A stretch of 39,505 bases of DNA from Bacilli bacterium (GTDB lineage: Bacteria > Bacillota_I > Bacilli_A > RF39 > UBA660), in contig JAQVVC010000002.1 of the NCBI GenBank assembly GCA_028699175.1, forward strand, positions 6,731-46,235. The letters are read 5' to 3'. Position 1 is the first letter of the stretch. The number at the start of each line of letters is the position of its first letter. This document shows positions 1 to 8,982 of the stretch, piece after piece. The notes beneath the pieces are model-generated. The model was given only the letters and a program-made list of their open reading frames with translations, was not told the origin of the DNA and searched no databases. Both the position numbers and the translations under genes were made by a program.

Positions 1-1217
1 GCAAAGATAAGGGAATATATTCCAATTTTAAATAAAGATAAAATAATAATAAAAATAAGTTTTAGAATAATGCCTATAGTTGTAGTAGCCATAGAATATT
101 TAGCATAACCTAATGATTGAAGAGTACTAGCCATTGGAGCTTCTAAGTAATAAAAGATAAAGAAAAATGATAAAACTTTAATATAATTAACCCCATCAGA
201 AGTATGAAAAACAATCTGAAGTATTTGCTCAGCAAAAAGATAAATAAAAGCATTAGCTAGAACACCAAAAATAAAAGATAAAGAAAGTGATTTTAAATAG
301 ATCTTTTTGGTTCTTTTTTTATCATTGCTAGTTTTAGAAATTTCTGGTATTAAAGCCGTTCCTAAAGCAGTAATAAAAAAAGTTGGAACTATTAACACAC
401 CAATCACGAAGGTATTATATATAGCATATTGTGATACTACAAAAGAAGAAGAATATCCAACACTTATCATTACAAAGGAAAGAATAATTGGCTCTAAGAA
501 AAAGCCAATATTACCAATTATTCTTCCTCCTACACTAGGAAGCCCGATAGTTAAGACTTCCTTTATTGTACCCGTGTCAGGTTTAATATCTTCTTTTTTA
601 ATGGTAAAATTTTTTGGTAAATATAATAAAAAGATTATAATAGAAATTATTTCTGAAATTATACTAATCAAAATATAACCACTTACAGCAAATATAATTC
701 CATATTTTAATAAATGGGGTAAGATTAATATTACAATAAAAAATTTAAAGAATTGTTCTAATATATTTGACATTGTATGAGGCATCATTTGTTGTTTACC
801 AAAGAAATAACCTCTAATAATACTTGCTATAGATATAAAAGGTAAAACAAAAGAAAGGCATACTAAAGGTAAAAAAGCTCTTGGTTCATGAAGTAAATTA
901 GTAGTTAAATATTTAGCAGAAAAAATAACAATTAAAATTAAAAATAAATTTAATAATAAAGAAACTGGAATAATAGAAAACATGACATTTTTACCTGATT
1001 TATTACCTTTAGCAATAATATTAGAAATAGCAATTGGAAATCCTAACTGGGTAATAGTTGTAAGTAAACTATATGTTGGCATTATAATTGAATAAATGTT
1101 TATTCCATCGGTTCCGATAACTCTAGTAAAATAAATTTTGATAATAAAACTAAATAATTTAGTTAAAATACCACCTATAATTAATATTAATGTACTTTTA
1201 ATAAACTTATTTTTCAT
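1..1217 (-). CDS. MOP-superfamily flippase (SpoVB/MurJ-like polysaccharide biosynthesis protein), C-terminus cut by the window edge
   Basis: Missing from the ORF track because it runs off the window. The reverse complement from the ATG at 1217 reads MKNKFIKSTLILIIGGILTKLFSFIIKIYFTRVIGTDGINIYSIIMPTYSLLTTITQLGFPIAISNIIAKG..., a typical SpoVB/MurJ N-terminus. The codons I checked at both ends are in one frame with no stop, and the absence of an internal stop-delimited ORF in the track fits a frame open to position 3. The translated ends are hydrophobic. A GGGAGAG Shine-Dalgarno sits just upstream. Confidence 0.7.
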   Translation of the reverse strand, partial: MKNKFIKSTLILIIGGILTKLFSFIIKIYFTRVIGTDGINIYSIIMPTYSLLTTITQLGFPIAISNIIAKGNKSGKNVMFSIIPVSLLLNLFLILIVIFSAKYLTTNLLHEPRAFLPLVCLSFVLPFISIASIIRGYFFGKQQMMPHTMSNILEQFFKFFIVILILPHLLKYGIIFAVSGYILISIISEIISIIIFLLYLPKNFTIKKEDIKPDTGTIKEVLTIGLPSVGGRIIGNIGFFLEPIILSFVMISVGYSSSFVVSQYAIYNTFVIGVLIVPTFFITALGTALIPEISKTSNDKKRTKKIYLKSLSLSFIFGVLANAFIYLFAEQILQIVFHTSDGVNYIKVLSFFFIFYYLEAPMASTLQSLGYAKYSMATTTIGIILKLIFIIILSLFKIGIYSLIF

Positions 1218-1301
1218 TATCTCTCCCTTTAAAAAGTTAAAAAAATGTTATATAATAAATATATGAAATGAAGTATATATTTATTTAAGAGGAGAAATAA
1301 T

Positions 1302-1583
1302 ATGGAGGATTTTAAATTTAATACCTTAGATGAACTTTATCAGAAATTATATCCAGCACTTGTCACTAAAACTAATGATTTAAAAAGAAATGGTATTAAT
1401 TATATTAAAGAAGCAGATATTTGGAATTATTTAAGAAAAAATTATTGGAATAACAGTAAAAAAATAACCCTTTTTGATTTAGTTAATGATATTTTATCTA
1501 CTCCTAATTATGTTTTAGAAGAATATGTTTCAAATAAAATTCAAAAAAATAATAAAGACATAGAAAAAGAAGAAATATTGTAG
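1302..1583 (+). CDS. ComN-like post-transcriptional regulator family small protein
   Basis: 93 aa with the pattern ...EADIWNYLRKNYW...LFDLVNDILS...EEYV, resembling the YrzD/ComN family. Its position next to a spoVB-like gene matches B. subtilis. AGGAG SD upstream. Confidence 0.5.
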   Translation: MEDFKFNTLDELYQKLYPALVTKTNDLKRNGINYIKEADIWNYLRKNYWNNSKKITLFDLVNDILSTPNYVLEEYVSNKIQKNNKDIEKEEIL

Positions 1584-1594
1584 GAGAATAAAGA

Positions 1595-3730
1595 ATGACT
1601 ACATATGATAAAATTTTAGTGAAAATCAATAATTTTAATTTTACTAAAGAAGAAAAAAAATTTTTAAATGAAGCTTATAAATTTGCTTTAACAGCCCATC
1701 ATAATCAGAAAAGACCTAATGGTGATGATGTAATAGAACATGTTTTAGAAGTAACTAATATTGTTTGTGATTTAAATGTAGATGCCATAACTTTAGCATC
1801 TTCTCTTTTGCATGAAATAGTTGAATTATGTGATATTTCAAACGAATTAATTGAAAAAAAATTTGGTCAAGAAGTAAAAGTTATCTTAGATAATCTATAT
1901 AAATTAAAAAATGTTAAGTTAACTGAATATAATGAATCTTCTATTATTTATTTGAGAAAAATATTAGTTGGATTAAGTGCCGATTTTAGAGTATTAATTA
2001 TTAAATTAGCAGATCGTTTAGATAATATGAGAACAGCATATGCATTACCAGAGACAATAAGAAAACAAAAAGCTAAAGAAACAATGGATGTTTTGATTCC
2101 AATAGCACACCGCCTTGGAATAAATAGTATTAAAAGTGAACTTGAAGATTTATGTTTGAAATATTTAAAACCGGATATCTATCAAGAAATATTAGATAAA
2201 TTAGATGGAACAAGAGAAGAACTTGCAAGTAGTCTAGAAGATATGAAAAAAAATATATGTGATATTTTGATTGATCATAATATAAAATTTGAAATAAAAG
2301 CTCGCGTAAAAAGTGTTCATAGTATTTATACTAAATTAACTACAGGCCGTAAATGGTCTGATTTATATGATATATTAGCACTCCGTTTAATTGTTCCTAC
2401 TGAAAGTGATTGTTATTTAGTTGTAAGTTTAATTCATGCTAAATATCGATCTATTCCAAAAAGATTTAAAGATTTTATTGCTATGCCAAAAGCCAATATG
2501 TATCAATCGCTTCATACATCAGTATTTGGTAGTGGTGGTCATATATTTGAAATTCAATTAAGAACTCCTGAAATGGATGAAATAGCCGAAAATGGAGTAG
2601 CTTCACACTGGACTTATAAAGAACATGGTAAAAATGTTCAAAATATTATGGAACAAAAATTAGAATTATTTAGAACTATTATTGAAAATAATATTGAAGA
2701 AAAAAGTGATGAAATATTTGCAAAAAATATTGAAGAAGAATTCTTAAGCAAACAAATATATGTCTTTACTCCTAAGGGAGATGTAATGGAACTACCTATT
2801 GGAAGTACTCCAATTGATTTTGCTTACCGGATTCATTCTAATATTGGGGATAAAACCGTTGGAGCTATTGTGAATAATTCTATTGTTCCTCTTAATTATG
2901 AGCTTAATGATGGTGATATTATAAAAATTAATACTAATCAACAAGCTAAACCAAATAAAGATTGGCTAGGTTTTATTAAAACTACGCAAGCTAAAAATAA
3001 AATAAAATCTTATTTTAGTAAAAAATACCAAAAAAATTATATTGAAAGAGGCAAAACTTTACTTGAAAAAGAAATCAGAAAACAAAAATTAATTATAAAT
3101 GAAGTATTAAAAGAAGAAAATATTAATAAAATACTTAAAGATTTAAAATTAAATAATTATGATGAATTACTTCTAAGTATTGGATCATTAAGATATACAG
3201 CAACATATATTTTAAATTTAATTCATGAAGATAAAAAAGCAGTTGAAGATATTTTATTAGGGCGTTTACATAAATATTCTAATAATAAAAATAATTATAA
3301 AAACAATATTATAGTCTCAGGAATGGATAACATTTTAGTTTCAATTGGAGCATGTTGTAATCCTGTCCCAGGTGATGAAATTATAGGATATGTAACAAAA
3401 GGTCAAGGAGTAACAGTTCATAAAAAAGAATGCTTAAATATAAAAAATATTACCTCAAGATTAATTGATGTTAAATGGAATATGGATTTGCATGATAATA
3501 AAAAATTTAATACTAAATTATTAATAAAAACCAATTCTAATAAAAATAACATATTGGAAATCCTTACTAAAGCTAGTTTAAAAAATGTTTCGATAAATGG
3601 AATTAAAGAATATGAAAATAATTATTTAATTGATTATGAATTACAGATAAAAGTAAAAAATAAAAATGAATTAAATAGTTTTATAGAAGAATTAAAAAAA
3701 TTAGCATATATAAGTGAGGTAATAAGATGA
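1595..3730 (+). CDS. relA: Long RelA/SpoT-homologue (p)ppGpp synthetase with a degenerate N-terminal HD hydrolase domain
   Basis: 711 aa. Synthetase motifs are present: RVKSVHSIYTKL, DILALRLIV, RFKDFIAMPKANMYQSLHTSV, EIQLRTPEMDEIAENGVASHWTYKE. TGS-like (VFTPKGDVMELP) and ACT-like C-terminal regions follow. The HD region is recognisable but substituted (see findings). Confidence 0.95.
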   Translation: MTTYDKILVKINNFNFTKEEKKFLNEAYKFALTAHHNQKRPNGDDVIEHVLEVTNIVCDLNVDAITLASSLLHEIVELCDISNELIEKKFGQEVKVILDNLYKLKNVKLTEYNESSIIYLRKILVGLSADFRVLIIKLADRLDNMRTAYALPETIRKQKAKETMDVLIPIAHRLGINSIKSELEDLCLKYLKPDIYQEILDKLDGTREELASSLEDMKKNICDILIDHNIKFEIKARVKSVHSIYTKLTTGRKWSDLYDILALRLIVPTESDCYLVVSLIHAKYRSIPKRFKDFIAMPKANMYQSLHTSVFGSGGHIFEIQLRTPEMDEIAENGVASHWTYKEHGKNVQNIMEQKLELFRTIIENNIEEKSDEIFAKNIEEEFLSKQIYVFTPKGDVMELPIGSTPIDFAYRIHSNIGDKTVGAIVNNSIVPLNYELNDGDIIKINTNQQAKPNKDWLGFIKTTQAKNKIKSYFSKKYQKNYIERGKTLLEKEIRKQKLIINEVLKEENINKILKDLKLNNYDELLLSIGSLRYTATYILNLIHEDKKAVEDILLGRLHKYSNNKNNYKNNIIVSGMDNILVSIGACCNPVPGDEIIGYVTKGQGVTVHKKECLNIKNITSRLIDVKWNMDLHDNKKFNTKLLIKTNSNKNNILEILTKASLKNVSINGIKEYENNYLIDYELQIKVKNKNELNSFIEELKKLAYISEVIR

Positions 3731-4170
3731 AAGTAGTTATTCAAAGATGTAAAGAAGGTAAAGTCTCTGTCAGTAATAAAATAGTTAATCAAATAAAAAA
3801 TGGTTTTGTTATATTAGTAGGAATATCAAAAAATGATACTATAGAGGACATAGATTATCTAGTTAATAAAATTCTCAAATTAAGAGTTTTTGATGATGAA
3901 AAGGGTGTTATGAATAAAAGTATTATTGATATTAATGGCGAAATTTTATCAATAAGTCAGTTTACCCTTCAAGCTATTACTAAAGATGGTAATCGACCTA
4001 GCTATATTAATGCTATGAATGGTGCAGAAGCTTTAAAATTATATAAATTATTTAATAGTAAGCTAAATGAAGATATTAAAACATATCCTGGAGTATTTGG
4101 TGCTGATATGATCTTAGATATTAAAAATCATGGTCCAGTTACCATAATTATCGATTCTAAAAACAAATAA
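3727..4170 (+). CDS. dtd: D-aminoacyl-tRNA deacylase
   Basis: 147 aa: MKVVIQRC...FVILVGI...LRVF...ILSISQFTL...GNRPSY...GVFGADM...NHGPVTIIIDS. ATGA overlap with the relA stop. Confidence 0.93.
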   Translation: MKVVIQRCKEGKVSVSNKIVNQIKNGFVILVGISKNDTIEDIDYLVNKILKLRVFDDEKGVMNKSIIDINGEILSISQFTLQAITKDGNRPSYINAMNGAEALKLYKLFNSKLNEDIKTYPGVFGADMILDIKNHGPVTIIIDSKNK

Positions 4171-4199
4171 AAAGAAACATTAATCGGTTTCTTTTTTTT
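4171..4199. terminator. Bidirectional intrinsic terminator between dtd and the convergent membrane-protein gene
   Basis: AAAGAAAC (4171-4178) pairs with GTTTCTTT (4187-4194), followed by a T-run. It overlaps the stop of the minus-strand ORF. Confidence 0.6.
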
Positions 4200-4536
4200 G
4201 AATTCCAAACATTGATCCAATACTAGAACTTACGATAATAATTAGATAATAAATAATAGTATTAATAGAATAACTATCTTTAAATAATAAACTAAATATA
4301 AATAAGAATAAACATAATAACATTCCTAAAATAAGGCCATTTAAATAACCTTTTTTTTCACTTTTTTTACCTATTAGAAAACCACTTATTAACGCTATTA
4401 TTACCATAAATATTAAAATCATAACATTATATGTTTTTACTTCTAGTAAGTTAAGTATTCCCAGTATTAAAGGAAAAATAAAGACAAAAGATATTGGTAC
4501 GACCAAAACTTTTAAATATTTTATTACTTGATTCAT
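4180..4536 (-). CDS. Small integral membrane protein (YrzE/TIGR04086-like)
   Basis: 118 aa with about 4 predicted TM helices and a central GKKSEKKGYLNGLILG loop. GGTGG SD upstream. Confidence 0.5.
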   Translation of the reverse strand: MNQVIKYLKVLVVPISFVFIFPLILGILNLLEVKTYNVMILIFMVIIALISGFLIGKKSEKKGYLNGLILGMLLCLFLFIFSLLFKDSYSINTIIYYLIIIVSSSIGSMFGIQKKETD

Positions 4537-4568
4537 AAAACCACCTAATAAAGATTATGTTATAAATA

Positions 4569-4916
4569 TTATTTTATACATAAATTTGCTGCCTTACTAT
4601 AACTACGAAGTAAAAGAGAAGCTCCTAAATTAATGCCTCCATGATATCTAATTATAACTATTAAATGTTTATTTAAATTATTTCTAATTAAAACATTTAG
4701 GATTTGAATACCAGCTGTATTATTAGGTTCTTTATCATCAGTTTTACCAGCTGTATTACCAAATTTATAAGCATAAGGAGCATGTTTTAATTTTTTATGC
4801 TCTTTTTTTAAATTATTTAGTATGATTTTTATTTCATCTAAATTATCTATTTCGAATATATAACCATAAAATTTACTTTTTTTTTCTTCAACAAGGGAAG
4901 TATTTATTAATTTCAT
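4569..4916 (-). CDS. IMPACT/YigZ-family (UPF0029) protein, N-terminal domain only
   Basis: 115 aa with KSKFYGY, HAPYAYKF, TDDKEPNNTAGIQIL and RYHGGINLGASLLLRSY, matching the YigZ N-domain motifs (KSKF, H-x-x-Y-A-Y, DDGEP-x-GTAG, RYFGG-x-LG). Confidence 0.75.
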   Translation of the reverse strand: MKLINTSLVEEKKSKFYGYIFEIDNLDEIKIILNNLKKEHKKLKHAPYAYKFGNTAGKTDDKEPNNTAGIQILNVLIRNNLNKHLIVIIRYHGGINLGASLLLRSYSKAANLCIK

Positions 4917-4986
4917 AGTTTAATCACCTTTAATAATTATACTATAATTATTTAAAATATGCTGTATAATATAATTAGTGATTATT

Positions 4987-6750
4987 ATGTTTAGTGAAGA
5001 ATTAAAATTAGTTCCTAATAAACCAGGATCATATCAAATGTATAATGAAAATAATATTATTATATATATTGGTAAAGCTAAAAACTTAAAGAAAAGATTA
5101 AGTTCTTATTTTCGTATGCAAAATACTGGTAAAACAGCTAAAATGGTTAGTGAAATAGCATATTTTAAATATATAGTTACGGAAACAGAATTAGAATCTT
5201 TCCTTTTAGAACTTAATTTAATTAAAGAATATAATCCTAAATATAACATTTTATTAAAAGATGATAAAAGTTATCCTTATATTGAACTAATTAAAAAACC
5301 TTATCCTAAATTAAGAGTTGTTAGATATTTAAAAGTTAAAAAGTATCAAGATCGATTATTATTTGGACCTTATGTTAATGCTTATGCAGCCCGAAGAATG
5401 GTAAATTTAATCAATCGATTATATCCTTTAAAAAAATGTCAAGGTTTACCTAAAGATGTATGTCTTTATTATCATATAAATGAATGTTTAGGATATTGTA
5501 ATTATGATATAAATAAAGCAAAAATAAAACAAATGGAAGATGAGATAATATCATTTTTAAAAGGTAATGATGCAATAATTAAAAATAAGCTAATAGAGAA
5601 ATTAAACTATTATTCTAAAGAAATGAATTATGAACTTGCTTTAGAATTGAAAAATGAGCTTAACTATATAAAGATAATACTAGAAAAACAAAAGGTAGAG
5701 CTATATAATAAAGAAAATTTAGATGTTATTAATTATTACTATTATAAAGAATTTTTAGGGATTGAAATATTATTTATAAGAGGTGGTAAATTAATAGGAT
5801 CATTTAATGATGTGTTTTATATTCAAAATAATTATCTTGAAGAGATAGAATCTTATATTGCCTTATTTTATAATAAAAAAGAAATACCTAAACTTATATT
5901 AGTTCCTCAAGAATTAAATATTAATTTATTAGAAGAAGTATTAAAAACAAATATCACAGTACCCTTAAAAGGTAATAAAAGAAAAATACTAAATATGGCA
6001 TATGAAAATGCTAAAATAAATGTTATCAATAATTATCAAAAAAATGAAAATTTATTATATAGAAGTAAAGGAGCTAATCAAGAGTTATCTGATTTATTGG
6101 GTATTAATATTATAAGAATAGATGCTTTTGATAATTCAAATCTTTTTGGTTCTTTTGCTGTTTCCGGAATGGTAGTATTTAATGATGGAACTGCAGTACG
6201 TAAAGAATATCGAAAATATAAAGTAACGGTAAATAAAAATGATGATTATAATACCATGAAAGAAATTATTTATCGAAGATATAAAAGAGCATTAATTGAA
6301 AAAAGCCTCTTACCTGATTTAATTTTAGTAGATGGTGGAGTTAATCAAATCCGAGCAGCTAAAGAAGTAATTGATGAATTAAATCTAAATATTAAAATAT
6401 GTGGTCTAGTTAAAAACAAAGATCATAAAACTAAAGAATTAATTGATGGCGATAATTTAGAAGCATATAAAATTGATAAAACCAGTAACTTGTTTCATTA
6501 TCTAACTAGAATCCAAGATGAAGTCCATCGCTATACTATTAATTATCATAAACAATTAAGAAGTAAAGGTTCAATTTCAAGTATTTTAGATAATATACCA
6601 GGGATTGGCCCTAAAAGAAAAATGAAGTTAATTAAAAATTTTGGTAGTATTCAAAAGATAAAAGAAGCAAATAAAAATGAATTAAAAAAATATTTGCCTG
6701 ATAAAACAATTTCTATTTTAAAAGACTATTTAAATAAAAATAATATATAA
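4987..6750 (+). CDS. uvrC: Excinuclease ABC subunit C
   Basis: GIY-YIG N-terminus (PGSYQMYNENNIIIYIGKAKNLKKRLSSYF), UVR-like region, RNase-H-like endonuclease domain and C-terminal HhH (IPGIGPKRKMKLIKNFGS). The track starts at GTG 4978; ATG 4987 (MFSEELK) is more likely. Confidence 0.95.
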   Translation: MFSEELKLVPNKPGSYQMYNENNIIIYIGKAKNLKKRLSSYFRMQNTGKTAKMVSEIAYFKYIVTETELESFLLELNLIKEYNPKYNILLKDDKSYPYIELIKKPYPKLRVVRYLKVKKYQDRLLFGPYVNAYAARRMVNLINRLYPLKKCQGLPKDVCLYYHINECLGYCNYDINKAKIKQMEDEIISFLKGNDAIIKNKLIEKLNYYSKEMNYELALELKNELNYIKIILEKQKVELYNKENLDVINYYYYKEFLGIEILFIRGGKLIGSFNDVFYIQNNYLEEIESYIALFYNKKEIPKLILVPQELNINLLEEVLKTNITVPLKGNKRKILNMAYENAKINVINNYQKNENLLYRSKGANQELSDLLGINIIRIDAFDNSNLFGSFAVSGMVVFNDGTAVRKEYRKYKVTVNKNDDYNTMKEIIYRRYKRALIEKSLLPDLILVDGGVNQIRAAKEVIDELNLNIKICGLVKNKDHKTKELIDGDNLEAYKIDKTSNLFHYLTRIQDEVHRYTINYHKQLRSKGSISSILDNIPGIGPKRKMKLIKNFGSIQKIKEANKNELKKYLPDKTISILKDYLNKNNI

Positions 6751-6760
6751 AAAAAGAAGG

Positions 6761-7372
6761 ATGGATATGATAGATACAAAAGAAGATATAATTTTTTTAA
6801 AAGATTTATATACGGGAATATTTTTAGATCACCGTTTATATAAAGATGGCAGTAAGTATAGTATTAGTTATTATTTAATTTTGGAAAAAAAGTCTCAGTC
6901 AATTGGTTCAGTAACATCAAACCCGTATTATTTGTATAAAGATATTATTAATAATGAATCATTTTATATAAATGATATGGGGAAAGCTATTATTATTAAT
7001 AATAATCCTGAAGTAGTTAAATGGGAAATAAATATAATTAAATTTTTACCAGTTAAACAAGTATTAAAAAAAGTTGCTGACTTATTTGAAAAAATAACTG
7101 AAATTCCTAATTTTAGTTTTAATAAATTTCCTAACTTTAAAGAAACTTATAATTTTATAGAAAGTTGTATGATTGAGGATAATTTTATTGAAGTAAATGA
7201 AGAATTTATAATTAATTTATATGAAAATATCGAAACCATTGATGCTTTAGTGTTAGAAGAAAATGAAGAGATGATAATCAATAAATATACCAATTTTTTT
7301 GCTAAAAAGACTCCTAATGAAAAAAGGTATTTAGAACTTGTTAAAGACGAAGGTCATCGCAAATTAACTTAG
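6761..7372 (+). CDS. Hypothetical protein with no recognisable motifs
   Basis: 203-aa ORF (alternative start ATG 6767, better spaced from the GAAGGA SD). Acidic, soluble, no family signature that I recognise. Confidence 0.55.
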   Translation: MDMIDTKEDIIFLKDLYTGIFLDHRLYKDGSKYSISYYLILEKKSQSIGSVTSNPYYLYKDIINNESFYINDMGKAIIINNNPEVVKWEINIIKFLPVKQVLKKVADLFEKITEIPNFSFNKFPNFKETYNFIESCMIEDNFIEVNEEFIINLYENIETIDALVLEENEEMIINKYTNFFAKKTPNEKRYLELVKDEGHRKLT

Positions 7373-7401
7373 TTGACTTTTTATCACATTTAGAGTAATA
7401 T
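7373..7401 (+). promoter_or_regulatory. Sigma-A type promoter of the T-box leader / hisS operon
   Basis: TTGACT (7373-7378), 17-nt spacer, TAATAT (7396-7401). Confidence 0.55.
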
Positions 7402-7409
7402 AATTGTAG

Positions 7410-7617
7410 TATTTGTTTGAAAGAAGATATTTATTAAACTGTATTAAAGAGAAGGCTAAATGGTGAAAAAGCCTATATAAGTGATAAATAAGAACAACTT
7501 TTATAAAAACAAACGTTAATATGCGATAAATATTAAATGAGCGTACACTAGTAAAGTAAGGTGGCACCGCGGAAAAGTATCTTTTTCGTCCTTACATAAT
7601 TGGTGTTTTTTATTTTT
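7410..7617 (+). promoter_or_regulatory. T-box riboswitch leader (glyQS-like short form, no Stem II)
   Basis: Stem I base is TTTGTTT 7412-7418 paired with AAACAAA 7507-7513. AGAGA bulge at 7448-7452. Distal hairpin GGC/GCC with loop containing UGGUGAAA (7454-7473). Stem III at 7516-7536. T-box motif GGTGGCACCGCGG at 7560-7572. Canonical antiterminator: A1 7556-7561/7590-7595, 7-nt bulge UGGCACC 7562-7568, A2 7569-7577/7581-7589. U-tract at 7606-7617. Confidence 0.85.
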
Positions 7618-7632
7618 TAAAGGAGGAATAAA

Positions 7633-8895
7633 ATGATTACAAAACCAAAAGGAACAATGGATGTATATGGAATTGATGCTAAAAAAAGAGAGTATGTAAA
7701 TGAGATATTAAGGAGTGTTTGTAATAAATATAATTATAATTATATTGAAACGCCTATCTTTGAAGCAAGCGAATTATATCATCGTGGAGTAGGTGAAGAT
7801 ACTGATATTGTTAATAAAGAAACATATACTTTTAAAGATCGAGGAGATAGAAGTCTAACTTTAAGACCAGAAGGAACTGCTGGTGTTGTTAGATGGTTTA
7901 TAGAAAATAAACTTTATGGTAATATTACTGAACCAACTAAAGTATTTTATAATGGTAAAATGTATCGTTATGAAAGACCTCAAGCTGGAAGATATCGAGA
8001 ATTTACTCAATTTGGGGTAGAATTTATTGGTTCAGATGATATTTTAGCAGATATTGATGTAATTAGTGTTGCTTATAATACTTATAATTTACTTGGTTTA
8101 AAAAACGTTACTATTGTATTAAATACTTTAGGTGATCAAGATTCAAGAGATAAATATCGAGATGCTTTAATTAAATATTTTAATCCTTTAATAAATTCTT
8201 TATGTGAAGATTGTCAAAAAAGATTAAAAAGTAACCCTTTAAGAATATTAGATTGTAAAATAGATAGTGATCAAGATTTATTAAAAAAAGCTCCTAAAAT
8301 AATTGATTATTTAAATAAAGAAAGTCTAACAAGATATAATAATATTAAAGAATATTTAGAATTAATGGATATTAATTATCAAGAAGATTTTTCTTTAGTT
8401 AGAGGACTTGATTATTATGATCATACGATATTTGAAATTATCGCAGATGTGCCAGGATTAGGTAATATAGCTTTAGGTGGCGGTGGCCGTTACAATGGTT
8501 TAATAGAAAAATTAGGTGGCCCAAATATTCCTGCAGTAGGTTTTGCCATGGGATATGATCGCACTATCCTTGCTATGGATAATAGTAATGTAAATCTAAA
8601 ATTAAGAGATGATATTGATGTTTATATTATGTATGTATCAAAAACCGAAAAAGAAACAGCTGCATATTTACTTCAAGATTTAAGATTAAATGGATTCATA
8701 ACTGAAACAGATTATTTAAATAAAAGTTTAAAAGCCCAATTTAAATCAATTGAAAGATTAAATCCTAAGTATTTAATTATTTTAAATGATCAAGATTTAA
8801 AAGAAAATAAAGTTACTTTAAAAGATAATTTAACTAAAGAAGAACAAAAAATTGAGATTAATAATTTAATTGATTATTTAGATACAAATATATAA
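7633..8895 (+). CDS. hisS: Histidine--tRNA ligase
   Basis: 420 aa with LRPEGTAGVVR, YRYERPQAGRYREFTQFG and GGGGRYNGL class II motifs. AAAGGAGG SD. Confidence 0.95.
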   Translation: MITKPKGTMDVYGIDAKKREYVNEILRSVCNKYNYNYIETPIFEASELYHRGVGEDTDIVNKETYTFKDRGDRSLTLRPEGTAGVVRWFIENKLYGNITEPTKVFYNGKMYRYERPQAGRYREFTQFGVEFIGSDDILADIDVISVAYNTYNLLGLKNVTIVLNTLGDQDSRDKYRDALIKYFNPLINSLCEDCQKRLKSNPLRILDCKIDSDQDLLKKAPKIIDYLNKESLTRYNNIKEYLELMDINYQEDFSLVRGLDYYDHTIFEIIADVPGLGNIALGGGGRYNGLIEKLGGPNIPAVGFAMGYDRTILAMDNSNVNLKLRDDIDVYIMYVSKTEKETAAYLLQDLRLNGFITETDYLNKSLKAQFKSIERLNPKYLIILNDQDLKENKVTLKDNLTKEEQKIEINNLIDYLDTNI

Positions 8896-8982
8896 TAAAA
8901 AGATCAAAGTTTCAGAGTATCTAAATAATTCTCAAAAAGTAGATTAATTAAAAAGAAAGATATTAATAATAGGAGGATATAA

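Noticed and set aside
307-678. 123-aa plus-strand ORF from the track
   Set aside because: It lies entirely antisense within the SpoVB/MurJ-like flippase gene (1-1217, minus strand). It has no SD, and its composition is the mirror image of an AT-rich membrane-protein gene.
7364-7567. 67-aa minus-strand ORF
   Set aside because: It occupies the T-box leader upstream of hisS. The region is explained by the conserved riboswitch elements (AGAGA, distal loop, GGTGGCACCGCGG), and the ORF has no SD.
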